From positions 2,848,001 through 2,912,000 of the forward strand of contig OY761159.2 of NCBI GenBank assembly GCA_963664395.2: a DNA stretch of 64,000 bases, in the 5' to 3' direction. The translations under genes were made by a program, and so were the position numbers. The notes under the pieces were generated by a model, which was given only the letters and a program-made list of their open reading frames with translations, was not told where the DNA came from and did not search any database. Shown piece by piece: positions 46,805-56,405 of this stretch; position 1 is the stretch's first letter, and the number at the start of each line of letters is the position of its first letter. This stretch comes from Candidatus Binatia bacterium. GTDB lineage: Bacteria; Desulfobacterota; Binatia; Bin18.

Positions 46805-47506
46805 CTATTTGCCCACGATATAAACTGTGAATTTGTCAACAATTTTCCAAGCTTTCGTCATCACGTCAAGACGCTCCTCCCAAGACATACCCATAGCTTC
46901 TCCGTGCCTTTGTGGATCAGAGAAATTTTTTATATCTTCTATCAAGTCTCGTTCGATATCCAAGGATTTGCGTAGCCTTTTCCAAGCCTTAGCGTTTGTA
47001 TCTCCAGGCTCGTGAAACGCCTGTCTGATTTTCTCAATTGCTCTATAGGCAAAAAAGCCTGTGTCCCAAGGCATTCGAATAGCTTCACGAAGGTCAGCGA
47101 TTGCTCTTCTGAAATCTGGAGACTTATTGGCCACACTTATGAGTTCTCCAAACTGTAACGGTCTTTCGCCGACTGCTTCGGTTAACGAAGCCCACCCAAC
47201 GCCAAAGACTTCAAACTTTCCGCTAGGGTTGACCATTGACGTTATTTCTACATCATAACCATATGCTTTGGTAAATCCGCGTAAATCGGCAAGAAATCTG
47301 ACATGAGATTCTACCTCATTTTTTAATGTGGCCGTATCCTGAACTTCGTTTTCTGAATTAACTACAGCGCTTACCTGAGAGAAAGCCATCGAGATTTGTA
47401 TTGAGTAATTAGAGGCATTGATGAGGATTGGATCTGAGTTGTCGGTCTGAATACCGACCCGCGCGCGTTCAGGAAGTATTTTTCCAAAGAAAGTATACTT
47501 GGGCAT
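46805..47506 (-). CDS. Low-GC hypothetical protein, possible HEPN-like C-terminus
   Basis: Visibly AT-richer than flanks; FAYRAIE and late RHG motifs; GGAG RBS. Confidence 0.55.
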   Translation of the reverse strand: MPKYTFFGKILPERARVGIQTDNSDPILINASNYSIQISMAFSQVSAVVNSENEVQDTATLKNEVESHVRFLADLRGFTKAYGYDVEITSMVNPSGKFEVFGVGWASLTEAVGERPLQFGELISVANKSPDFRRAIADLREAIRMPWDTGFFAYRAIEKIRQAFHEPGDTNAKAWKRLRKSLDIERDLIEDIKNFSDPQRHGEAMGMSWEERLDVMTKAWKIVDKFTVYIVGK

Positions 47507-47550
47507 AGAAGTCTCCTTTATGCCGTTTTGTGCTTAGGCGCTTTGCTTTT

Positions 47551-50352
47551 TCAACCCTCTCGTGATTCCCGTCTCCGCCGTTTCGGCTTCCGCTTCACCG
47601 CCAACGGCGCAGTCATTTTCTCATACAACCCAAACAGATGTTCCACCCGCTCCCGCTCCGAGGCGAAACCCCCGGGCCGGTACAGCCGATCCACTGCTCG
47701 GTCGAGTGCGGTGTGGGCCTTGCGCAGGTTGGGCGGCATCAGGTCGGGGTCGTACAGGTCGGCCAGGGTTGCGCCCGGATGGGCCGCGCGCGCATCAAGT
47801 ATGGCTTGGGCCAGCGGTTCCAGTTTCGACAGGTCTGCGCCTTCGGGCGGCAGCGGAAATGTGTTGTAGACGACGCCAACGGAATACATGTAGTCGCTCT
47901 TCATTCGCCCCGTCACGGCCCGCATCCAGGCCATGTGCATAGCAGAGGTGAGCAGCGCGAAATCGGTGAGAGCTGCATCGGACAACAGACGAAGTTTGTT
48001 GCTCGGAATGACCGGCGGTTCCAGCCAGCCGATAGGCACATACTCCCGCCGCTCAGAACTCACTTCAGGGATAACCAGGAACGGCGCGGTGGGAAGAACG
48101 TTCACATGATAGAGCGTCGGCGTATCCGCCAGCTTTTGTGTGGGCGGGCTCTTGCTGGCTTGGCGGTACGCGCGGACCGCGGCGATACGCTCTTTGACGT
48201 GCGACAACCGCGCCAGCGTTGCCGGCGGCGCGTCGTGCAGGGCAAGAATCCAACGCTTTCCGCCTTGCAGATATTCGCGAGCCCCGACAAAGGGGCGCAG
48301 GAAGGACTCGGCGTCCGGTTCTACAGCCAGCAAGGCCGCGCGTTCCTCGGTGTCGAAGATATAATGGCCGCCGTCAATGGGCTTGGACCCGATAATCAGC
48401 TTCCCCATCCCGTTAATAGGCAGGCTTTCCTCGCGCACCGTCAGATGCGGGTCGGCGAGGCTGGCGGCATCGAACAGATAGGGCGAGAGCACGGCGTGGC
48501 GGGTTTCCTCGGGCTCGCCGGTAATGTCGTGATAGCTGAATAATCGTTTGGTCGGGCGTGCAGTCTCTCGCCGTTCAAGTCCGATAATCGCGACATGCAC
48601 GTGAGCCTTGCCGCGCGCATCCGAACCCCAGGCAAAGGTGCGGTGGGCGAAGGCGATCTCCAGCTTGGCGCGGTCGAACAGGATAGGCCAGAGCTGCGCA
48701 ACCTGTTCGCCCTGAGTGATGGAGTTGGTTGAGACAAAGCCGATTCGGGCCGCCCCCCTTCGCACATACTCCCCTGCCTTGAGGAACCAAGCCGTTACAT
48801 AGTCGAGCGTGCCGCCGGTCTTGCCCAAGGCCGCGATGCGCCGTACCTGCGCCCGCTGCTCCCGGCTCTGAAACTTCGCGCCGACAAAGGGCGGATTGCC
48901 GAATACATACGAGCATTCTTCCGGCGGTAGCAGGATTACCCAGTCGGCTTCCAGGGCGTCGGCGTGCAGAATGTGGGGCGATTTCGTTAGCGGGATGCGC
49001 ACGAAGGTTTGACCGAACTCCAGGCTGAGCCGGTTGTTCATGATGTGGTCCATCATCCACAGCGCGGTCTCGGCGATATGGGTCGGGAACTCCCCGACCT
49101 CAATGCCGTAGAATTGGTCTACGTTGACGACCGACAGGGCCGCAGCGTCCAACTCGCCTGTTTCCGCGTCGTCACGATAGGCGTGCAGTTCCTTCAAGAC
49201 CGCAATCTCCAACCCGCGCAACTCGCGGTAGGCAATGATGAGAAAATTGCCGCAGCCGCACGCCGGGTCGAGAAAGCGCAGGGTTCCCAAACGCTGTTGA
49301 AAGCGATGCAGTTCCAGCCGCCGATGGGTATCCTTGCGGGCTTTCAGCCGGGCGAACTCGGCCCACAGGTCGTCGAGAAACAGGGGCTCGATCACCTTCA
49401 GGATGTTCTTCTCGGTGGTGTAGTGGGCGCCCTGAGAGCGGCGCTGCGCGGGTTGCATGACCGATTGGAACAGCGCCCCGAAAATCGCCGGAGAGAGCGC
49501 GGTCCAGTCGAACCGGCAGGCGTCGAGCAGCGCCTGTCGCATGGGAGAATCAAAGTCGGGAATGCGTAGCGGGCCACGGAACAGGTCGCCGTTCACATAC
49601 GGAAAACGTGCCAGGTCCTCGTCCAGAGCCTTTTGGCGCTTGTCTTCCGGCGTGTCGAGCACTTGGAAAAGCCGCGAGAGCCACAAGCCCAGGTCCGAAC
49701 CGTCCTCGCGGGTGCGGTTCTCAAGCAGGTCAAGGAAGATGTCGCGCGGCTCGAAGATGCCGGTATCGTCGGCAAACAGGCAGAACACGGTACGCACCAG
49801 AAACAGCTCCAGGTCGTGGCCGGTGTAGCCGGACTGTTCGAGCGCGTCGTGCAGGTGGCCCATGAGTTCGGACGCCTGAATGTTGACCGGGTCCTGATCT
49901 TTGAACGTACGCTTTTGCACGCCCAGGATGAATCCGAACTTCTCCACGTGCTGAGGCAGGTCGGCCAGAGCGAAAAACGCGCGTTCCCGCTCGTCCAGGT
50001 CGCGCAACTCAAAGGTCTGAAAGTCGCTGACCAGGATGTAGCGCGGGCGTTCTTGCTCGGACAGGGCGTCGAAGTAGTCGCCGGCCTGTCCATATGCTTT
50101 GGTCAGGTCGCGGCCGGCGCTCTTTTGTTCGACCAACAGCACGCCGGGCCAGAACAGGTCGATGTAGCCGGACGAGTTGTCGAGGCGTTTGACACGCTCC
50201 TCATAGCGCGCGACGGTGCGCCGCTTGACGCCGAAGATATTGAAGAAGTCGTTATAGAAGCTCTGCGTCTCGCCTTTCTCGTAGGCCGCGTCCTGCCACT
50301 CTTCGGCAAACGCGGCGGCACGGGCGCGGATTTCATTCCAGGAGAGTCGCAT
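47551..50352 (-). CDS. MmeI-family Type IIL/IIG restriction-modification enzyme
   Basis: EK.ETQSF, IDLFW...VEQKS nuclease; GAHYT, LDPACGCGNF, GNPPF m6A MTase; TRD with SSERREY; LADLYDP. Confidence 0.92.
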   Translation of the reverse strand: MRLSWNEIRARAAAFAEEWQDAAYEKGETQSFYNDFFNIFGVKRRTVARYEERVKRLDNSSGYIDLFWPGVLLVEQKSAGRDLTKAYGQAGDYFDALSEQERPRYILVSDFQTFELRDLDERERAFFALADLPQHVEKFGFILGVQKRTFKDQDPVNIQASELMGHLHDALEQSGYTGHDLELFLVRTVFCLFADDTGIFEPRDIFLDLLENRTREDGSDLGLWLSRLFQVLDTPEDKRQKALDEDLARFPYVNGDLFRGPLRIPDFDSPMRQALLDACRFDWTALSPAIFGALFQSVMQPAQRRSQGAHYTTEKNILKVIEPLFLDDLWAEFARLKARKDTHRRLELHRFQQRLGTLRFLDPACGCGNFLIIAYRELRGLEIAVLKELHAYRDDAETGELDAAALSVVNVDQFYGIEVGEFPTHIAETALWMMDHIMNNRLSLEFGQTFVRIPLTKSPHILHADALEADWVILLPPEECSYVFGNPPFVGAKFQSREQRAQVRRIAALGKTGGTLDYVTAWFLKAGEYVRRGAARIGFVSTNSITQGEQVAQLWPILFDRAKLEIAFAHRTFAWGSDARGKAHVHVAIIGLERRETARPTKRLFSYHDITGEPEETRHAVLSPYLFDAASLADPHLTVREESLPINGMGKLIIGSKPIDGGHYIFDTEERAALLAVEPDAESFLRPFVGAREYLQGGKRWILALHDAPPATLARLSHVKERIAAVRAYRQASKSPPTQKLADTPTLYHVNVLPTAPFLVIPEVSSERREYVPIGWLEPPVIPSNKLRLLSDAALTDFALLTSAMHMAWMRAVTGRMKSDYMYSVGVVYNTFPLPPEGADLSKLEPLAQAILDARAAHPGATLADLYDPDLMPPNLRKAHTALDRAVDRLYRPGGFASERERVEHLFGLYEKMTAPLAVKRKPKRRRRESREG

Positions 50353-50381
50353 GCAGAGAGAACCTACCCCGCCAGGTCTTC

Positions 50382-51089
50382 CTACTCCATTTTGGCGATG
50401 AACTGCCGTGCCTTCTGACCCTCGGCGGGGTCAAGGCGGGTGATGATGGCGGCCTGTTCCTCGGCTTTTTCTCGGCTGCCGCCCACGAAACGCGGAGCCT
50501 CCATATAGTACCTCATCAGGTCCCAGTGGGCCGCCACGTGGGTGGGGTCGCAGCCGACCGCTTTTTCAAAGTGAGTACGGACGCGCTTGACGAGAGGGAC
50601 ATTGCGGAGCTTGCGGAACATGCTCATCTGCTCGACGTGACGTCCGTAGGCGCGTCCCAGCCACATATGATAGTCGGCATTGCACTGTTCAGCGTCCACC
50701 GCCTCCTTGAACCAGGGGATGGCCTGTTCATAGTTTTTCTCTGCATAGGCAATCCGTCCCAAATAAAAGGGCGCGCTTGTATTGGTCGGCTGTTGCTGGT
50801 GCAGGGCCTCAAAAAATTGACGCGCTTGGGTCAACTGGCCGGCCTCAAAGAGTTGGACCCCGGTCTGGAGGTTGTCCTGAGCAACAGCGGGCGGGGAGGA
50901 GAAGAGGCATAGCAGGACCAGGCAGACGCACTGGACCGGGGGGTGACCAAAGGCAGAAACCCCCCTCACCCTCCAGGGGAGAGGAGAGGGAAAATGTAGG
51001 GGCCACCCCCTGTGGTGGCCCTTTCCCCCATGCAATCCCCTCCTTGGAGGGGTGGCCCAAAGGGCCGGGGTGGGTTCCTCGCTCCTCAC
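50382..51089 (-). CDS. Exported TPR protein
   Basis: Signal peptide ending AVA-Q; TPRs (FYLGRIAY, YHMWLGRAY); true start uncertain because repeats occupy the 5' region. Confidence 0.7.
   Translation of the reverse strand: MRSEEPTPALWATPPRRGLHGGKGHHRGWPLHFPSPLPWRVRGVSAFGHPPVQCVCLVLLCLFSSPPAVAQDNLQTGVQLFEAGQLTQARQFFEALHQQQPTNTSAPFYLGRIAYAEKNYEQAIPWFKEAVDAEQCNADYHMWLGRAYGRHVEQMSMFRKLRNVPLVKRVRTHFEKAVGCDPTHVAAHWDLMRYYMEAPRFVGGSREKAEEQAAIITRLDPAEGQKARQFIAKME
50960..51076. repeat. Cluster of three different palindromic REP-like elements
   Basis: CCCCCTCACCCTCCAGGGGAGAGGAGAGGG; GTAGGGGCCACCCCCTGTGGTGGCCCT; TCCCCTCCTTGGAGGGGTGGCCCAAAGGGCCGGGGTGGGTT. Confidence 0.65.
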
Positions 51090-51102
51090 TCTTCACCTGC
51101 CC

Positions 51103-52155
51103 CTAAAACGTAATGAGCGGCTTGACGATATTGTCCGCCTTAGTCGTCATCATAGTGAACGCCGTCTCGACCTCGGCAAATGAAAACCGGTGGGTGGTCA
51201 GGGGCGTGGGGTCAATCCGCCCGTTTTGAATCAGCCGCAACAGACGCGAGACTTGCTCCCGCCCACCTGGGCACAGCGCGGTGTGAATCTTCTTGTCGCC
51301 CATGCCCAGACCAAACTCCGGCAGCGGAATGCTCAGGACATCGCCGGCTTCACCGTGATAGCCGATATTCGAGATCACCCCGCCCGGCTTGGTCGCTTTC
51401 ACGCAGTTCCCAAAAGTAATCGGAGCGCCCAGCGCCTCAATAGCAGAGTCTACTCCCAGGCCGCCCGTGAGCTGCATAATCTGTTCAACCGCGTCCCCTT
51501 GGGTCGGATCAACAACAATATCGGCGCCCATCTTTTTGGCGAGTTCTCTGCGGTCCGGCTTGGAGTCCACGGCGATGACCAGCCCAGCGCCTAACAGACG
51601 CGCACTTGCCGTGGCGCACAGCCCAACCGGACCTTGGGCAAAGACCGCGACCGTCCCGCCGGCCGGAATTTCCGCGTTCTCCGCCCCCACCAGGCCGGTG
51701 GACATCATGTCCGTGGTGTACAACGCCTGCTCATCTGTCAGGGCATCTGGGATGGCAACAACATTGTAGTCGGCATCGTTAACAGAAAAATACTCCGCCA
51801 TATTGCCGTCGCGCTGGATGGTGAATTTATATCCGCCCAGCATGCCGCCGCACTGCGAGGTGACGCCGCGCTGACAGGGGTCACACTTGCCGCACGGCGT
51901 GATGGCGTTCACCACCACCCGGTCGCCTTCTTTACAGGTTGTGACATTCGCGCCGACTTTATATACGACTCCAACGCTTTCGTGCCCGAGTACACGGCCC
52001 TCGGGAATTTCAATCACACCCCGCACGGTGTGCACATCTGAGGTGCAAATCAGCGCAGCCGTTGTTTTAATCACCGCATCATTCGGGCCAGGATCAGGAA
52101 TCGGCTTCTCAATAATACCAACCTTGTCTATGCCTAAAAATGCAAGTGCTTTCAT
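51103..52155 (-). CDS. Zn-dependent alcohol dehydrogenase (secondary ADH-like)
   Basis: ICTSDVH, LGHESVG, CGKCDPCQRG...C, AQGPVG; AGGAGG RBS. Confidence 0.9.
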   Translation of the reverse strand: MKALAFLGIDKVGIIEKPIPDPGPNDAVIKTTAALICTSDVHTVRGVIEIPEGRVLGHESVGVVYKVGANVTTCKEGDRVVVNAITPCGKCDPCQRGVTSQCGGMLGGYKFTIQRDGNMAEYFSVNDADYNVVAIPDALTDEQALYTTDMMSTGLVGAENAEIPAGGTVAVFAQGPVGLCATASARLLGAGLVIAVDSKPDRRELAKKMGADIVVDPTQGDAVEQIMQLTGGLGVDSAIEALGAPITFGNCVKATKPGGVISNIGYHGEAGDVLSIPLPEFGLGMGDKKIHTALCPGGREQVSRLLRLIQNGRIDPTPLTTHRFSFAEVETAFTMMTTKADNIVKPLITF

Positions 52156-52186
52156 ATGGTCCTCCTGTTTGTCATCGATTTCTGTC

Positions 52187-52238
52187 GGAGTGCGGGTATT
52201 TTGCCCGCGACTATTTGCGGGCTGGAAGCCCGCACCCC
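52187..52238. repeat. REP doublet (REPIN-like)
   Basis: GGAGTGCGGGTATTTTGCCCGC-8nt-GCGGGCTGGAAGCCCGCACCCC; inverted pair of palindromes. Confidence 0.7.
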
Positions 52239-52241
52239 CAT

Positions 52242-53240
52242 CTACAGCATGTGGCGCACATCAGACAGGGTGTACGTCCCCGGCAGTTCGCGTCGCTCCG
52301 CCATCCGGTCCACCACTTGGGTTAGGAGGGCATTGATCGGAGTGGCAACACCGAGTTTCTGTCCCATCTCGTGGACACGGCCATTGAGATAGCGCGCTTC
52401 TGTTCTGCCCCGCCGGCAGAACACATCTTGCCACATGGACGGGAAAACATGGGTCGAACGGTCGGGCAACTGCTTTGGTGTAAAGTCCGGATGATGCAGC
52501 CCGGTCACCATCTCCGGCAAGGGCTGGTCACCTGGCAATGTTTTGAGTTTGATCTCGGCCTGAGCCAGGACGTGCTGCGCTTCCTGTAGCATGTCGCCCA
52601 GGAAGAGGCGGGTGTCCCGGTCGTTGAACGCTTCTACCCCGGAGACATCGAGAATTGCGGCCGGCGCGTTCATTAGATTGATACAAAACTTCGCCCACTT
52701 ACAGGCCCGGATATCGTCCGTCAGCGCCCCGCCCATATCGGCGGCTTGCAGGGCGGCCACAACCCGTTCTGCCGTCTCGTCCAGCCCTTCGGGATAACGG
52801 CCGATTACCAGCGAATTGCCCCCCAAGTGGCCAACTTCGCCGGGAAAGATAAAACGGGAACCCAGATGTAAAGCTGCGCCATAGACATTGCTGAAATGCT
52901 CGGCAACCAACTCTTCATTGGTCATGGTATTTTGCAGACAGAAGATGGGAGTTTCGGGCGGGACCTTGGCGCGCAGTTACTCGATGGCAACTGGGGTGTC
53001 ATAGGTTTTGACGCACAAGAAAATAACGTCGTCCGCCTGGAACTGCCAATCGTCCACAGCGGAACACACCGGCGGCGAGGTGACGAACTCACCATACCTG
53101 CCTGACATTTTCAGCCCGTCAGACTGGATTTTCTCAATATGGGGTGGGTCTCCAATAAGCAGAACATCCGTTCCGGCTTTTGAGAAATGCGCGCCTACAG
53201 TACTGCCGACCGCACCCGCGCCGAAGATGATAAACCGCAT
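52242..53240 (-). pseudogene. Ketopantoate reductase (PanE/ApbA) family gene with in-frame TAA
   Basis: GAGAVG, LCVKT, then TAA at 52977-52979; the same frame continues LRAKV...FCLQN...KWAKFCIN...SMWQD...E..YLNG. Confidence 0.82.
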
Positions 53241-53358
53241 CCGGTCTTCCTCCTGTGTCGGGCGCTAAGGTATGCCGCCAATGGACAGGCGTCAAGGAAA
53301 AGCGGGAAGGGGAGGAGTATGTGCTCTCTCGTCCCTGGATTTCACAATCTCGGAGAAT

Positions 53359-53946
53359 TTAGGATTTCTTTCGTGGCCATAAGACCAATGGCGGGGGGCC
53401 TTGGGGACTGTCCTTCAAGCTGTGGCACAGTCTGATGACGGCCTCTCCGAGCTGGCGCAGGTGATCCCGCACGCGCTCATCGGTAATCTCTCCGCCCTGC
53501 ATCTGATCGGCTCGCACGTACACGCTGCCGGGGACGATGTGCATATTGAACCAGGCCAATACTGGTTTCAGTTCCTGGTCGATGCTGAGGTAGTGATGGT
53601 CCGTATAAGCGTTCCCAATCAAACCGGCGACCTTGCCCATAAAGGCTTCGACCGGAATGTGGTCGAGCAGGTTCTTGAGAGCACCGGTGTAGGAGCCCCG
53701 GTAGATAGGCGTGCCGATGATATAGGCGTCGGCCGCGCTGATGCGTTCAAGCACGCGGGGGGTATCGTCCGGATAGTCTTCGGGTGGCCGCCCATCACAA
53801 AAAGAGATAGTCACCTCACGCAGATCGATCACGTCAGTCGTGATATCCGGGGTGTGTTCTTGCGCGGCTGCCAGCGCGGCATCAACAACGGTCCGCGTAC
53901 TGCCGCCGGCTGTCAGACTGCCTGAAATACCGAGTAGTGTGGTCAT
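53359..53946 (-). CDS. NADPH-dependent FMN reductase (SsuE-like)
   Basis: GISGS, GTPIYRGSYTGALKNLLD, GKVAG. Confidence 0.9.
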   Translation of the reverse strand: MTTLLGISGSLTAGGSTRTVVDAALAAAQEHTPDITTDVIDLREVTISFCDGRPPEDYPDDTPRVLERISAADAYIIGTPIYRGSYTGALKNLLDHIPVEAFMGKVAGLIGNAYTDHHYLSIDQELKPVLAWFNMHIVPGSVYVRADQMQGGEITDERVRDHLRQLGEAVIRLCHSLKDSPQGPPPLVLWPRKKS

Positions 53947-54013
53947 GGGCGCTCCTCATTCTCTAATGGCATATAGTCCCCCGCTCTTCTATTCTCCTCC
54001 CTGCTATAGCCCT

Positions 54014-54412
54014 TCATCTGGAAGGAGATTGTTCTATGAACTCTGTTATCTCAGAGAGAACGGCCTCTAGCGTGGGAGGCGCGCCGGCAATGATCCGTTC
54101 TCCCCGCACCGCCGCGCGGACATGCTTATGGTGAGGAAAGGTGCTGGTTCTATGGTGAGGTGCATTATCGTAGCGGAACAGGAGATTTCCCTTAGCATTT
54201 TGACAATGATACCGGTACTTGGTTTTCACCAGCCGTGGTTCAGTACGGACAAATTCCATGAGGAAGAGCCGAATTCCCTAGGTAAATGTTGCCGTTCCCT
54301 TTATGAAACCAATATGGAGAGCGCGTTTTTCCTTTGTCAGAGTAGTTTGCGTCATATACAGACAGGCAGCGAATGTTCGCTCCAGATGGACAAAATACTC
54401 TTCGATCAGCAC
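54014..54412 (-). pseudogene. DUF6516 (TumE-like) toxin with in-frame TAG
   Basis: GTG start overlapping antitoxin stop; TAG at 54278-54280; KYRYH.Q...FRYDNAPHH...TFPHHKH. Confidence 0.75.
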
Positions 54413-54693
54413 ACTTCGGTCTCTCTCAGCAGTGCGAGTGCCTGCGTTAATTCCAGATGGGTTTCCCACTCTCCGGCCCACTCCATATGGGCTTCGTCGT
54501 CGCCCATTTCCCCGGCCTGATAGGCCCGGTAGAACTGCTGACTGGCCTGACCGAACTCTTTTTCAAAGGTTTTCAGACGTAGCCTCGTGCGTTTGAGCCC
54601 TGCCCGGACCGCTTTTTGCTGCATAGCCAGCGAATTTTCCACAAGCGTAGCGACAGCGGGCTTATGGTCCGATTCGATGTGGATGCGAGTCAT
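54406..54693 (-). CDS. Putative antitoxin (TumA-like)
   Basis: RLKTFEKEFG..S..FY..YQAGEMGDD...MEWAG; overlaps the DUF6516 gene. Confidence 0.72.
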   Translation of the reverse strand: MTRIHIESDHKPAVATLVENSLAMQQKAVRAGLKRTRLRLKTFEKEFGQASQQFYRAYQAGEMGDDEAHMEWAGEWETHLELTQALALLRETEVC

Positions 54694-54817
54694 ATGCTCT
54701 CCGTCCTTTACTTGGGCGAGGCAGGATTGCTTAGCCTTCTTCTCACCGTTCGTGTTGTCTTATACCGCTTAGGAGAGAGAAAGAGAACCGTCTTTCCGGA
54801 CAGGCTGGCCAAGCAGG

Positions 54818-56155
54818 CTAGGAGGACGGGGTCTGGTAGACCGGGGCGCGTGTCCTAGCCAAGCGAAGAATAAGCTCCGCGGCTTCCTCGGGGCCGTTGT
54901 GCCGGCGCAGGGTGTGCTGCATCTGCCCTGCCCGGCGAATGAAAGAAGGCTGGCTGAGAATAGTGTGGATAGCGCGTTTGAGCCGGGTGGTGGTGAGCAA
55001 GCGTCTGTCCAGCCGTAAACCGGCTCCGGCATCGACACAGCGCTGGGCATTATCGGGCTGGTCTGCGCCGAGGGGAATGCACAGCAGCGGAATCCCGTCG
55101 GACAGCGCCGTCAGCACAGTATTCACCCCACCGTGCGAGATAATCAGGCGAGGACGGGTTTTCGGCTCGGTTTGCAGCGCCGTCTGCGGAATATATGCCT
55201 CAATACGTACGTTTGATGGAACAGCGGAGAAAAGACTCGGCGGGCAACCGGGGCCGGTGACAACCAAGCCGAAGACGTCGAGCTGGCCGAGGGCGCGAAT
55301 AATTTTTCGGAATACGCTGAGGCGTGTATTAAAAACCGTGCCAAGGCTGACATACACAAGCGGCTTGTTCGGCGGCATGTTTGCCAGCCAACTTGGCACC
55401 TCCCAGTCAATCGGCCGGTCCCACACCGATGGACCAACATAATGCACCTGGGGCGGTAAATCGGGCCGATTGTAATCATATTCCCGACTACAGGTATGGA
55501 TGAGTAAGAACGGGGCGACGACATGGGGGGAGAGGGGGTCGGCGTGAGGAGGGAGTCCAAGCTGCCGGCGATAGCGATTCAGGGCAAAGCGCCACGGACC
55601 CATCAGCGCCGTGGCTGCGCGGAGCGCGCCCTTGAGTCCGAGCCGATAGGGAAGACGCAGGGCCGCGGGCACGGTTTCCACTCGTGGAAAGCCGGCTGGA
55701 GGAGCGTGCAGACTCGGGGACATGAAGTGGGTCATGGGGCTCAGCACGGCCCACGGTAGTGCCTGCTGCTCGCAAAAAAGCTGGGCGGCGAAAGTTAACG
55801 GCCCGGCCACAACAACGCTGGGCCGGAAGACCTGAGTAATCTGCCGGAGTTCCGGGATACGCGTGGGTATTGAGGCCATGAAGATGCGTAAAAAGTCGTA
55901 GCTCACGCGGAGATAATGAATGCGCAGATAGCGAATGAGTGGAAAAAATTCCTCTAAGCGTTCTTCAGAGTAGTGGGGGCCGAGTGGATAAAACGGCAGG
56001 CCCTCACGCTCGATGCGCGCTTGATAGAGCCGGCTCGTGGCCAAGGCTACTGCGTGGCCCCTGGCCTGGAGGGTCTGCATCACCGGCAGCAAAGGATGGA
56101 CATGACCCATGCCCGGCTCGGTGACAAAGAGGATGCGTTGGGGTGAGTGAGACAT
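54818..56155 (-). CDS. GT1 family glycosyltransferase (MGT/UGT-like)
   Basis: PGMGHVHP, VYVSLGT, YIPQ, ISHGGVNT, GADQPDNA. Confidence 0.88.
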   Translation of the reverse strand: MSHSPQRILFVTEPGMGHVHPLLPVMQTLQARGHAVALATSRLYQARIEREGLPFYPLGPHYSEERLEEFFPLIRYLRIHYLRVSYDFLRIFMASIPTRIPELRQITQVFRPSVVVAGPLTFAAQLFCEQQALPWAVLSPMTHFMSPSLHAPPAGFPRVETVPAALRLPYRLGLKGALRAATALMGPWRFALNRYRRQLGLPPHADPLSPHVVAPFLLIHTCSREYDYNRPDLPPQVHYVGPSVWDRPIDWEVPSWLANMPPNKPLVYVSLGTVFNTRLSVFRKIIRALGQLDVFGLVVTGPGCPPSLFSAVPSNVRIEAYIPQTALQTEPKTRPRLIISHGGVNTVLTALSDGIPLLCIPLGADQPDNAQRCVDAGAGLRLDRRLLTTTRLKRAIHTILSQPSFIRRAGQMQHTLRRHNGPEEAAELILRLARTRAPVYQTPSS

Positions 56156-56226
56156 GCAATAACAGTCTCCCACCCCTATCATGCGAGCCGGGGTGTCGCA
56201 CCTGTGGACGAGGCGGCCTGTTTTCT

Positions 56227-56249
56227 GCGGGCAGGCTGCCCGCGCTCCC
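56227..56249. repeat. REP-like palindrome (copy of 11020)
   Basis: GCGGGCAG-G-CTGCCCGC-GCTCCC. Confidence 0.75.
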
Positions 56250-56405
56250 GGTCAATACACTCGCAATATAAAGAAGGAGAGGGCTCGCCTGACTAGACGC
56301 AACCGGCTTAGCTCAGTATGAAAGAGACAGCGATCCAGCGGCGGAGGTGGACGCCGAATCTCGACCTGACTGCTAGCTGCTGATTACTGTACGTGGAGGG
56401 CAGGA

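Noticed and set aside
47638-50418. Long plus-strand ORFs opposite the MmeI gene
   Set aside because: Antisense frames typical of high-GC3 genes; no recognisable motifs
56305-56380. tRNA-like start GCTTAGCTCAGT upstream of uvrA
   Set aside because: No T-loop (GTTCGA), acceptor stem or cloverleaf follows
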